DNA of 46,305 nucleotides, from assembly GCA_902789515.1 (NCBI GenBank), contig CADAOK010000017.1:1-46305 (forward strand), read 5' to 3'. Shown here in pieces: positions 17,000 through 25,844 of the stretch; position 1 is the first letter of the stretch, and each line of letters starts with the position of its first letter. Origin of the DNA: Oscillospiraceae bacterium (lineage in GTDB: Bacteria > Bacillota > Clostridia > Saccharofermentanales > Saccharofermentanaceae). Position numbers and translations under genes: made by a program. The notes beneath the pieces were generated by a model, which worked only from the letters and a program-made list of their open reading frames with translations, was not told where the DNA came from and did not search any database.

Positions 17000-17992
17000 A
17001 TGAAGAACAAACACGGTTCCGTAACAATCGAATCTGCTGTAGCTTTTACGGCGGTACTTGTTTTCCTGGCGGCAATCATCAGCGTCATCAATATTTACAG
17101 GACAGATATCCTCATGAGACGTGCGCAGGAACAGACCTGTGAGAAGGTTGCAATGCTCTGCCCGTTAACAGTCACTGCTTCAGATGTTTTTTCGACTGCT
17201 GTAAATGCTTTCCCGGACATCGGTATCGACGGAACGAACGGCGGAGAGGCGGTAACTTATGTGGCCAAACTGATTACCGGAGCGGATTTTGCCGGCGGCT
17301 ATACCATCGAGAATCTGGTTCTTGAGGGCGCGCTCGGAGGATACATGGCTAATGATATTGCTGAAGGGTACATTAGCCGTAACGGCGGTTCCGATTTTAT
17401 GATGCCTGACGATATCAACGTTACCTTCGAAGTGAATCCTGATAAGAGCATTATTGAAGTCAGCACGACATATTCGGTTCTTACGCTTGCCGGCAGATAT
17501 GAGAGGAGTATCTACAACATTATCCCGGTATACGGCAAAGGAGATCTGTTTCTGCTTGCTTCAGAAGAACAGAAGAAGGAAAACGATATCTGGAGTGAAG
17601 ATAATTTCACGCGTGGGGATTATTTCCGGGAAGAATACGGCGGCAATCTCCCGAAAATGTTTCCCGTAATAGATGCATATGAGGACGGGACGGCCACTTC
17701 AATAATGAGCATTGATCTGACGGCCCCCACATATGCTGATGAATCTGAGATACTTAAGAAAATAGGGGAGAATATTGACCAGTTATCCGGCTTTGAAGGA
17801 GCGGACAAAAATATCGGAGGAACGCAATACAGTATCGGCCCTGTAACCAAGCGTCAGCTGATCGTTATAATACCGTCTAATTCAAGCGATGAAGCCAAGG
17901 ATTCCGTATACGGGATGGTCAGTTATGCCGCATCAAACGGAATAAGCATGTCCGTTGAAGAATACGGCACCAGTCTTAAGTATTCAGAATAG
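17000..17992 (+). CDS. TadE-like pilin with C-terminal CdiA-CT (EC869-type) nuclease-like domain
   Basis: KNKHG|SVTIESAVAF prepilin motif. C-terminal IWS..F.RG...GGNLPKMFPVID.YEDG.ATSIMSIDLTAPTY...KRQLIVIIP. ATG at 17000 follows AGGAGG. Confidence 0.75.
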   Translation: MKNKHGSVTIESAVAFTAVLVFLAAIISVINIYRTDILMRRAQEQTCEKVAMLCPLTVTASDVFSTAVNAFPDIGIDGTNGGEAVTYVAKLITGADFAGGYTIENLVLEGALGGYMANDIAEGYISRNGGSDFMMPDDINVTFEVNPDKSIIEVSTTYSVLTLAGRYERSIYNIIPVYGKGDLFLLASEEQKKENDIWSEDNFTRGDYFREEYGGNLPKMFPVIDAYEDGTATSIMSIDLTAPTYADESEILKKIGENIDQLSGFEGADKNIGGTQYSIGPVTKRQLIVIIPSNSSDEAKDSVYGMVSYAASNGISMSVEEYGTSLKYSE

Positions 17993-18012
17993 TCTTTGGT
18001 AATTCCTTTTTA

Positions 18013-18041
18013 TTGTATTAAAATATGAAATGCGTTAATAT
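18013..18041 (+). promoter_or_regulatory. Sigma-A type promoter upstream of the small ORF-yerC-secA block
   Basis: TTGTAT (18013-18018), 17 bp, TAATAT (18036-18041), in an AT-rich intergenic stretch. Confidence 0.55.
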
Positions 18042-18068
18042 ATTACGGTTATTATGGAGGTAGTCTGA

Positions 18069-18302
18069 GTGAAACACAACAATCAGGTAAGGCGACCTGA
18101 ACTGGCGAATTCGGCAATTCTTACTGACAGGAATTCCGCGCTTTCGATTGGGGATACTTTGAGGAAAGCCAAGAGTGATCTTTTCTTTTCCAGGTGTCTG
18201 ATTGCAATACTAATTGTTCTGCTCATTACGACTGCCGCAGTAATGATCTATCTCGGGTATGTCCAGCAGTTGTTCAATTTCGTGACGAATGCTGTTAATT
18301 GA
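18069..18302 (+). CDS. Small single-pass membrane protein of unknown function
   Basis: GGAGG SD 8 nt before GTG, one hydrophobic segment LIAILIVLLITTAAVMIYLG, fills the gap between promoter and next gene. Confidence 0.65.
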   Translation: MKHNNQVRRPELANSAILTDRNSALSIGDTLRKAKSDLFFSRCLIAILIVLLITTAAVMIYLGYVQQLFNFVTNAVN

Positions 18303-18324
18303 TCTTGTTTTGTAAGGTGATGTA

Positions 18325-18771
18325 ATGATCGACAGAAATAGTGCGCCGTCTTTTGGAGATGATGAGATTACAGAACTTACCGATCTTTACGAAGCTATTC
18401 TGACAATGGAAACGGCTGAGGAGATGCACAGGTTCTTTACTGATCTCTGTTCGGTCAATGAACTTCATTCACTGCTTCACAGATGGCAGATAGTCCGCAG
18501 GATCGAACAGAATAAGAGTTACGAAGAGATAATAAACGAACTGTCGCCCAAGGATACTGAGGATATCAGTAATGATACCAAGTCCTCTGAAGACAGCGGC
18601 AAACGCAGATCCGGCAGGACCAAAGGCAAATCAAGAGCAAGTACAAAAGTGAGTTCAACTACCATTACGCGCGTCAAGAAATGCTATGTCAATCCGGAAG
18701 GCGGATACAGAACGGCTCTGGACCGTCTGAAGAGCAAAACTGAAAAAGAAAAGAAAATAATTAAGGAGTAA
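18325..18771 (+). CDS. TrpR-like (YerC/YecD family) DNA-binding protein with internal insertion
   Basis: LYEAIL...FFTDLCSVNEL...RWQI...SSTTITRV...GGY matches the YerC family. Confidence 0.85.
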   Translation: MIDRNSAPSFGDDEITELTDLYEAILTMETAEEMHRFFTDLCSVNELHSLLHRWQIVRRIEQNKSYEEIINELSPKDTEDISNDTKSSEDSGKRRSGRTKGKSRASTKVSSTTITRVKKCYVNPEGGYRTALDRLKSKTEKEKKIIKE

Positions 18772-18776
18772 TATTG

Positions 18777-21543
18777 ATGGGTTTATTTCCAACACACAGT
18801 GAGAAGGAAGTCAAAAGGATCAGACCGATAGTCAACAAGGTTTTGGCTTTGGATGAGCCTTAAGGATCCTGAACTTGTAGCCAAGACTCAGGAATTCAAG
18901 GACAGGCTTGCGGCAGGTGAGACACTCGATGATATCCTTCCGGAAGCGTTTGCTACTGTAAGGGAGGCTTCCAAGCGCGTTCTCGGCATGAAGCCTTATG
19001 AGGTTCAGATCATCGGCGGCATAATCCTCCATCAGGGAAGAATTGCTGAGATGAAGACCGGTGAAGGTAAGACACTCGTTGCCACGATGCCTGTATATCT
19101 TAATGCTTTGACCGGAAAAGGTGTTCATGTCGTTACTGTAAATGACTATCTTGCAAAGCGTGACTCCGAATGGATGGGTAAGGTCTACCGCTTCCTCGGA
19201 CTGTCAGTCGGACTCATCATTCATGACATTCCTCAAAATCAGAGGAAAGACATGTATTCGCGTGACATCGTGTACGGAACCAATAACGAATTCGGTTTCG
19301 ACTATCTCCGTGACAACATGGTAATCAGCAAGGAGAGACTTGCGCAGCGTGAACTCAATTTTGCCATTGTCGATGAGGTCGACTCGATCCTTATCGATGA
19401 GGCTAGAACCCCGCTTATCATTTCGGGAAGAGGAGTCGAGTCCTCCGATCTTTATGTCAAGGCCGATGCCTTCGTAAAGACATTGAAGCCTTATGTCGTT
19501 GTCGAGACTGACGATAAGGTCGATATGGACGATATCGTTGGTGATTCAGACTATGTTATCGATGAGAAGGCTAAGACTTCTGTACTTACAGCTAACGGTA
19601 TAGCAAAGGCAGAGAAGTACTTTGCGATCCAGAATCTTTCAGATCCCGAGAATTTCGATCTGCAGCACTATATCAATAATGCGCTCAAGGCAAACGGTAA
19701 CTTCAAGAAGGATCAGCAGTATATTGTTCAGGAAGGCGAGGTAATCATCGTAGATGACTTTACCGGACGTCTTATGCCGGGTCGCCGTTACAGTGACGGT
19801 CTCCATCAGGCAATTGAAGCTAAGGAAGGCGTTAAGGTCGCAAGCGAGAATAAGACTCTTGCGACAATTACATTCCAGAACTTCTTCAGAATGTATACAA
19901 AGCTTTCCGGAATGACAGGTACAGCTTTTACAGAGGAAGCGGAGTTCAGACAGATCTATAATCTTGATGTTATCCAGATCCCGACAAACAAGCCTGTTCA
20001 GCGTATCGATGAAGTTGACGCTGTGTTCAAGACCGAGAACGGCAAATATTCTGCTGTCCTCAAGACGGTCAAGGAAGCTCATGAGAAAGGTCAGCCTGTA
20101 CTTGTCGGTACGGTAAATGTCGATAAATCCGAGCTCCTGTCCAGGATATTCACAAAATACGGCATCAAGCACAATGTCCTTAACGCTAAGAACCATATGC
20201 GCGAGGCTGAGATCGTTGCACAGGCCGGTCGTAAAGGTTCAGTTACGATCGCAACAAACATGGCCGGCCGTGGTACTGATATCATCCTCGGCGGTAATGC
20301 AGAGTTCCTTGCGATCCAGGAGATGAGAAAGCTCGGTTATACCGATGAGCTGATCGATGCTTCCACAGCTCACAATGATACGGATGATGAGACTATCCTT
20401 GAAGCTAGGAACAGATTCTCTGAACTTGAGCAGAAATTCAAGGAAGAGCTTGCTCCTGAAGCCGAGGAGGTTAGGAATCTCGGCGGTCTCTTTATCGTTG
20501 GTACGGAGCGTCACGAATCCAGACGTATCGACAACCAGCTTAAGGGCCGTGCAGGCCGTCAGGGTGACCCCGGAAGATCCAAATTCTTCCTTTCACTCGA
20601 AGATGATCTTTTGAGGATCTTCGGCGGCGACAGGGTAACTGCTATCGCTGAGAGCTTCGGTATGGATGATTCCATGGAGATTCAGGTAAGGACTCTCGGA
20701 AAGCTCATAGACAGTTCCCAGAAGAAACTCGAGGCTATGCATTTCGGTGCAAGAAAGAATGTCCTTGAATACGACGATGTCAATAATATCCAGAGAACTA
20801 TTACATATGAGCAGAGAAGAAAGATCATTGACGGCGAGGATGTCCATGACATCTTCCTCGGAATGATCGACAAGGTAGCCGAGAGGATCGTGGATAATTT
20901 CTCACTCGACGGCTCAATCTCTCCTTCCGAGAGATATACTCTCGGCCTGCAGCTGGAAGAGGTTTTCGGAGAGCTGCCGTTTGTGCTTAAAGTAAAAGAC
21001 GAATCAGTCGATATCGGTTCCAGTGATTCTGTAGCCGAAGCAGTTGCGGCTGAAGCCAGGACAGCGCTTGCAAGCAAAGAGGAAGAGATTACTTCCGAAA
21101 TATTCCGCCAGACTGAGCGCCAGATCCTCCTCAGAACTGTTGATCTCAAGTGGATGGATCATATCGATGCTCTTGATCAGCTGTCCCAGTCTATAAGAAT
21201 GAGAAGTGTCGGTCAGCACGATCCTGTAGTTGAGTATAAGCTCGAAGGTTCCGCGATGTTCGAAGAGATGAACGAAGCAATCCAGAATGATGCGGTTAAG
21301 TTCATCATGAGGGCAAACTTCTCTCAGGACAAACAGGTCGAGGCAAAAGAGACCGTAAAGGCTACAAGTGAGAAGCATGCCAGCGTAACTCCCATGGCTG
21401 CGGCTAAGCCTATACAGGGAAGTACAGGAAATGACAAGCCTTCACAGCCTGTCAAGAGAGATGCTTCTGATGTCGGCAGGAACGATATGTGTCCCTGCGG
21501 TTCAGGAAAGAAATACAAGCATTGCTGCGGAAAGAATAAATAA
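18777..21543 (+). CDS. secA: Preprotein translocase subunit SecA (frameshifted near 5' end in this sequence)
   Basis: MKTGEGKT, VDEVDSILIDEARTPLIISG, IATNMAGRGTDI, C-terminal SEC-C. The native N-terminus MGLFPTHSEKEVKRIRPIVNKVLALDE starts at 18777 after SD AAGGAG but stops at 18861. The rest is in the +1 frame (ORF 18853-21543). Confidence 0.96.
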
Positions 21544-22382
21544 TGATCACTGATTCTGCCGGTTATCTGAAGAAAGTTGATACTGCCTGTGATTACATCA
21601 GGCAGCATCTTAGCGGATGCGAAGTCCCAAAGATATGTATTGTCCTTGGTTCAGGCCTTGGTCCTCTGGCTGATCTTTGTGAAGAGTCAGCCGAGATCCT
21701 GTATTCCGATATTCCCGGTTTTCCCTCATCAACGGCTCCCGGTCATGAAGGTAAACTGATAATCGGAGAGCTTTCCGGAAAGCTTGTCTTCATGATGAAG
21801 GGAAGATTCCATTATTATGAAGGCTATGCTCCTGAGGATATTACTTTCTATGTAAGGGTTATGGGAAGGCTCGGAGTAGAGACTCTCGTTCTTACAAACG
21901 CGGCAGGCGGTATAGGCGAGGACTTTACACCTCCGGAGCTGATCTCCATTGAAGATCATATTTCCTTTATGGCCGAACCCGTATTAAGAGGTCCTAATAT
22001 TGAAGAATTTGGTCCGAGATTTCCTGACCAGAGCTATGTTTATGACAGGGAATACCTTGCTCTTATGTCCGAATGTGCGGAAAGACTCGGTATCAGGATC
22101 AGAAAGGGCGTTTATGCATATACCAAAGGACCTCAGTATGAGACTCCTGCCGAGATAAGGGCTCTTCGAAGCCTCGGTGCGATATGTGTGGGAATGTCGA
22201 CTGTTCCTGAGGCTATAGCGGCCAGCCATATGGGAATCCGAATCGCCGCTTTATCCTGCGTAACCAATATGGCCGCAGGTATTACGTCCGCCAAGCTGTC
22301 GGGCGAGGAAGTCATTGAGGTTGCCGGCCAGGCTTCCGAGAAAATGTGTGCATTAGTATCAAGTTTTATAAAGAACCTTTAA
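21543..22382 (+). CDS. punA: Purine nucleoside phosphorylase (trimeric, inosine/guanosine type)
   Basis: VLGSGLG, GRFHYYEG, TNAAGG, GPRFPD, GPQYETPAE, VGMSTVPE, VTNMAAG. Confidence 0.93.
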   Translation: MITDSAGYLKKVDTACDYIRQHLSGCEVPKICIVLGSGLGPLADLCEESAEILYSDIPGFPSSTAPGHEGKLIIGELSGKLVFMMKGRFHYYEGYAPEDITFYVRVMGRLGVETLVLTNAAGGIGEDFTPPELISIEDHISFMAEPVLRGPNIEEFGPRFPDQSYVYDREYLALMSECAERLGIRIRKGVYAYTKGPQYETPAEIRALRSLGAICVGMSTVPEAIAASHMGIRIAALSCVTNMAAGITSAKLSGEEVIEVAGQASEKMCALVSSFIKNL

Positions 22383-22392
22383 GGAGGGCACT

Positions 22393-23649
22393 ATGGCAGT
22401 ACCTGATTATGATGTAAAAGATCTGAGTCTTGCACCTTACGGAATGGAGAAGATCGAGTGGGCTTACCGTAATATGCCCGTTCTCCGCGCTATCGAGAAA
22501 GAACTGATCGAGGAACAGCCTTTCAAAGGACTTAAGATCGCTGTATCTGTCCATGTTGAAGCAAAGACGGCTTGTCTTGCCCGGGCTTTAAGCAGAGGCG
22601 GCGCTGATGTTGCTCTTACGGGATGCAATCCGCTCTCGACCCAGGATGATGTAGCTGCTGCTCTGGCAAGCACCGGAATGCACGTATACACGATCCACGG
22701 GGATAATGAAGAACAGTATATCGCTCATCTTAAGATGGCTCTGGATTTCGGTCCTGATATCGTTATTGATGACGGAGGAGATTTCGCAATGCTCCTGCAT
22801 TCCGAATTGAAGGATCTTGCTCCCAATATCATGGGCGGATGCGAAGAGACAACAACCGGTGTTCACAGACTGGAGATCCTCAAGAAACAGAATCAGCTCT
22901 CTTATCCTGTTATTGCAGTAAATGATGCAAGATGCAAGCATCTGTTTGATAACCGTTTCGGTACAGGCCAGTCTGTCTGGACTGCGATAATGGCAACAAC
23001 GAACCTTGTCGTTGCCGGAAAGACTGTAGTCGTTGCAGGCTACGGTATGTGCGGCAGAGGCGTTGCCATGAGAGCCAAGGGCCTCGGAGCCAAGGTCATC
23101 GTTACTGAAGTTGATCCGGTTAAGGCTTGTGAAGCTCTTATGGAAGGCTACAGTGTAATGACAATGGATGAGGCTGCTCCTCTCGGTGATTTCTTTGTTA
23201 CCGTTACGGGTTGCAAAGATGTCATTGTTGGACGTCACTTCAATATGATGAAGGACGGCGCTGTATGCTGCAATGCAGGTCACTTTGACTGCGAAGTCAA
23301 TGTTAAGCAGCTTTCCGAGCTTGCAGTATCTTCAAAGGAACTCCGCAATAACATCATCGGTTATGAACTTTCCAACGGCAATACGGTATGTATTATTGCC
23401 GAGGGCAGACTTGTAAACCTTGCTTCAGGCGACGGTCATCCGGTAGAAATCATGGACATGAGCTTTGCTCTCCAGGCACAGTCTGCAAGATACATCGCAT
23501 CCCAGAAGGAAAGACTCCCGGTCGATGTTTATCAGACTCCCCAGGTCATCGATGACAGGGTAGCCGAGATCCTGCTCGAGACCAAGAACATCAACTATGA
23601 CAAGCTTACAGAGGAGCAGTACAGGTATATCAATTCCTGGGACTTCTAA
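22393..23649 (+). CDS. ahcY: Adenosylhomocysteinase (SAH/SIH hydrolase)
   Basis: CNPLSTQD, EETTTGV, KHLFDNRFGTGQS, GYGMCGRG, NAGHFD, EGRLVNL, GHPVEIMDMSF. Confidence 0.96.
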   Translation: MAVPDYDVKDLSLAPYGMEKIEWAYRNMPVLRAIEKELIEEQPFKGLKIAVSVHVEAKTACLARALSRGGADVALTGCNPLSTQDDVAAALASTGMHVYTIHGDNEEQYIAHLKMALDFGPDIVIDDGGDFAMLLHSELKDLAPNIMGGCEETTTGVHRLEILKKQNQLSYPVIAVNDARCKHLFDNRFGTGQSVWTAIMATTNLVVAGKTVVVAGYGMCGRGVAMRAKGLGAKVIVTEVDPVKACEALMEGYSVMTMDEAAPLGDFFVTVTGCKDVIVGRHFNMMKDGAVCCNAGHFDCEVNVKQLSELAVSSKELRNNIIGYELSNGNTVCIIAEGRLVNLASGDGHPVEIMDMSFALQAQSARYIASQKERLPVDVYQTPQVIDDRVAEILLETKNINYDKLTEEQYRYINSWDF

Positions 23650-23652
23650 GTA

Positions 23653-25278
23653 ATGGATTATATCCTTGATTATCCCGATATCTCAGTTTATGAGATGTTA
23701 TCTGTCAGTGCTTCGAAGTATCCTTCTCACACGGCGGTCAATTATTACGGCAACAAGATATCTTACAAAGAACTCATCTCTGAGACCGACAAGTGCGCAG
23801 CATCCCTTAAAGAGCTGGGCTTAGGTCTTGGAGACCATGTTGCGGTCATACTTCCGAATATCCCTCAGGCTGTTATGCTCTTCTATGCATGCAGCAGGAT
23901 TGGCGCTGTATGTGACATGATCCATCCGCTTTCCGCGGTCAACGAACTTGAAGCATATATATCGTCTTCAGGTGCAAAAGCGGTATTTGTGTTTGAGGAT
24001 CTTATCCCTAATATTTCATTTCTGAGGGATTCGGGACGAAAGGTATTCCTCGTCAGCGCGAAAACATATCTTCCGGCTCTTGCTAAAATAGGGTTCACCC
24101 TTAAGCAGAAACAGGACAGGGACGGAGACGGTTACGGGGATTTCAAAGAATTTATCAGGCTTGGCGAGAACTCCGTGCAGATACTTCAGGATGTGGGATA
24201 CACAGATCAGGATGAGCCTTGCGCTATGCTCTATACCGGCGGAACCACAGGTAAGAGCAAAGGTGTCCTTCTGACATCAAGGACATTCAACTATACTGCA
24301 ATTGAGGCTATTGACAGCTGCGGATGTCTTCTGCCGGGGGACAAGCTCCTTGCGGTCCTTCCTGTTTTCCACGGGTTCGGCCTTGGCGTAGGTGTTCATA
24401 CCGTTATGGCTTTCGGCGGCACTTCTGTGCTCCTTCCGATATTCAAGCTTAAGAGATTCCTTAAGCTGATAGAAAAGTACAAACCGGAAGTTATCGCCGG
24501 TGTTCCGGCTATCTTCGGCGCCATGATCGCAAATGAGACCGATGTCGATATGAGCTTTGTAAAACTCGTTATATCCGGTGGAGACAGGCTTCCTCCGGAA
24601 ATGCAGTGTAGCTTTAATGAACTCCTTAAGCGGCATGGCTCAAAAGCTGTTATCAGGCAAGGCTACGGACTTACCGAATGCCTGTCGGGTGTATGTCTTA
24701 TGCCGCCGGACTGTCTGAAGGAGAATTGTCTGGGTATACCGTATAAAGATAATACGATCAGGATCATTGATCCCGTAACTGACAGTGAATTACCCGCAGG
24801 TAAAGCCGGTGAGATCATAATATCGGGTCCGTCACTAATGCAGGGTTATTATTCGGAACCTGAAGAGACAGATAAAGCACTCCGTATACGCGATGACGGA
24901 AGGATTTGGCTCTATACAGGTGATATGGGACATTTGGATGAAGAGGGATATCTGTATTTTGACTCACGTATAAAGCGGATGATTGTTACAAATGGGTATA
25001 ATGTGTATCCTGGAATACTTGAAGATATCATACTGTCATGCGGCGGTGTAAAAGAATGTGCTGTCGTCGGAGTCCCTGATGATCTAAGAGGCGAGATCTG
25101 CAAAGCCTATATTGTTCTGGATGAAGGACAGGAAGACGAGGTATTACAGCAGATCAAGGCCGAATTGGCTCTTAATGTCTCCAAATTCGCCCTTCCGAAG
25201 GCTTATTCGGTAATCGGTTCGCTCCCGAGAACTGCTTTGGGCAAAGTTGATTACGATTCATTGTCCGGGCTTTCCTGA
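23653..25278 (+). CDS. AMP-dependent acyl-CoA synthetase (long-chain fatty acid-CoA ligase-like)
   Basis: YTGGTTGKSKG, QGYGLTE, TGDMG, GYNVYP, GKVD adenylate-forming motifs. Confidence 0.9.
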   Translation: MDYILDYPDISVYEMLSVSASKYPSHTAVNYYGNKISYKELISETDKCAASLKELGLGLGDHVAVILPNIPQAVMLFYACSRIGAVCDMIHPLSAVNELEAYISSSGAKAVFVFEDLIPNISFLRDSGRKVFLVSAKTYLPALAKIGFTLKQKQDRDGDGYGDFKEFIRLGENSVQILQDVGYTDQDEPCAMLYTGGTTGKSKGVLLTSRTFNYTAIEAIDSCGCLLPGDKLLAVLPVFHGFGLGVGVHTVMAFGGTSVLLPIFKLKRFLKLIEKYKPEVIAGVPAIFGAMIANETDVDMSFVKLVISGGDRLPPEMQCSFNELLKRHGSKAVIRQGYGLTECLSGVCLMPPDCLKENCLGIPYKDNTIRIIDPVTDSELPAGKAGEIIISGPSLMQGYYSEPEETDKALRIRDDGRIWLYTGDMGHLDEEGYLYFDSRIKRMIVTNGYNVYPGILEDIILSCGGVKECAVVGVPDDLRGEICKAYIVLDEGQEDEVLQQIKAELALNVSKFALPKAYSVIGSLPRTALGKVDYDSLSGLS

Positions 25279-25290
25279 TCTGCACTTAAC

Positions 25291-25319
25291 TTGCCCGCAT
25301 GGCGCTCGGGCTCTATAAT
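25291..25319 (+). promoter_or_regulatory. Sigma-A type promoter for the def-fmt operon
   Basis: TTGCCC (25291-25296), 17 bp, TATAAT (25314-25319). SD AAGGAG before def. Confidence 0.65.
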
Positions 25320-25363
25320 ATACAAAGTAATAAATTAGGCCTTTATGCCAAGGAGTAATATAT

Positions 25364-25840
25364 ATGGCACTTAGAAATCTTGTTATTGAAGGGGACGAAC
25401 TTCTCCGCAAGAAGTCCAGACCCGTGGAAGAGATCTCTCCAAGGATAATCAAGCTCCTCGATGATCTCGCTGATACGATGTATTACGATAACCGTGGTAT
25501 CGGTATTGCCGCACCTCAGGTCGGTGTTCTGCGCAGAGTCTTTATAGTCGATGTCGGAGATGAGCACGGACTGATCGAATTTATCAATCCCGAGATCGTT
25601 GAGAAATCAGGTTCGCAGGTTGGAAGCGAAGGATGTCTGTCCGTTCCGGGCAAGACATGCGAAGTAGACCGTCCGAATCATATCGTTGCCAAGGCTCTGA
25701 ACCGTAACGGTGAAGAGTTTACGATCGAGGCTGAAGGCCTTCTTGCCCGCTGCATATGTCATGAATACGACCATCTTGAAGGTGTTCTCTTCATTGACAG
25801 ATCAGTTGACGGCAAAATCTACAGTACTGAAGAGGAGTAA
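25364..25840 (+). CDS. def: Peptide deformylase
   Basis: GIGIAAPQVG, EGCLS, CHEYDHLEG. Confidence 0.97.
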   Translation: MALRNLVIEGDELLRKKSRPVEEISPRIIKLLDDLADTMYYDNRGIGIAAPQVGVLRRVFIVDVGDEHGLIEFINPEIVEKSGSQVGSEGCLSVPGKTCEVDRPNHIVAKALNRNGEEFTIEAEGLLARCICHEYDHLEGVLFIDRSVDGKIYSTEEE

Positions 25841-25844
25841 CCGT

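Noticed and set aside
18069-18302. Small ORF as immunity protein for the upstream nuclease-like domain
   Set aside because: It is a membrane protein behind its own promoter, unlike the soluble, translationally coupled CdiI-type immunity proteins.
6581-21512. Exact 23-nt repeat TGTCCCTGCGGTTCAGGAAAGAA at 6581-6603 and 21490-21512
   Set aside because: Both copies encode the conserved [12 protein letters not shown] motif. Protein constraint plus codon preference explains it, so it is not evidence of an att site or mobile element.
25293-25311. GCCCG...CGGGC inverted repeat inside the def promoter spacer
   Set aside because: Five-bp arms are expected by chance, and there is no other support for an operator.
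25710-25844. ORF-track N-terminal extensions of fmt (also of the genes tracked at 10953, 35482, 42940 and 43400)
   Set aside because: They overlap upstream genes or intergenic DNA. Downstream starts match family N-termini and mostly have better SD sites.
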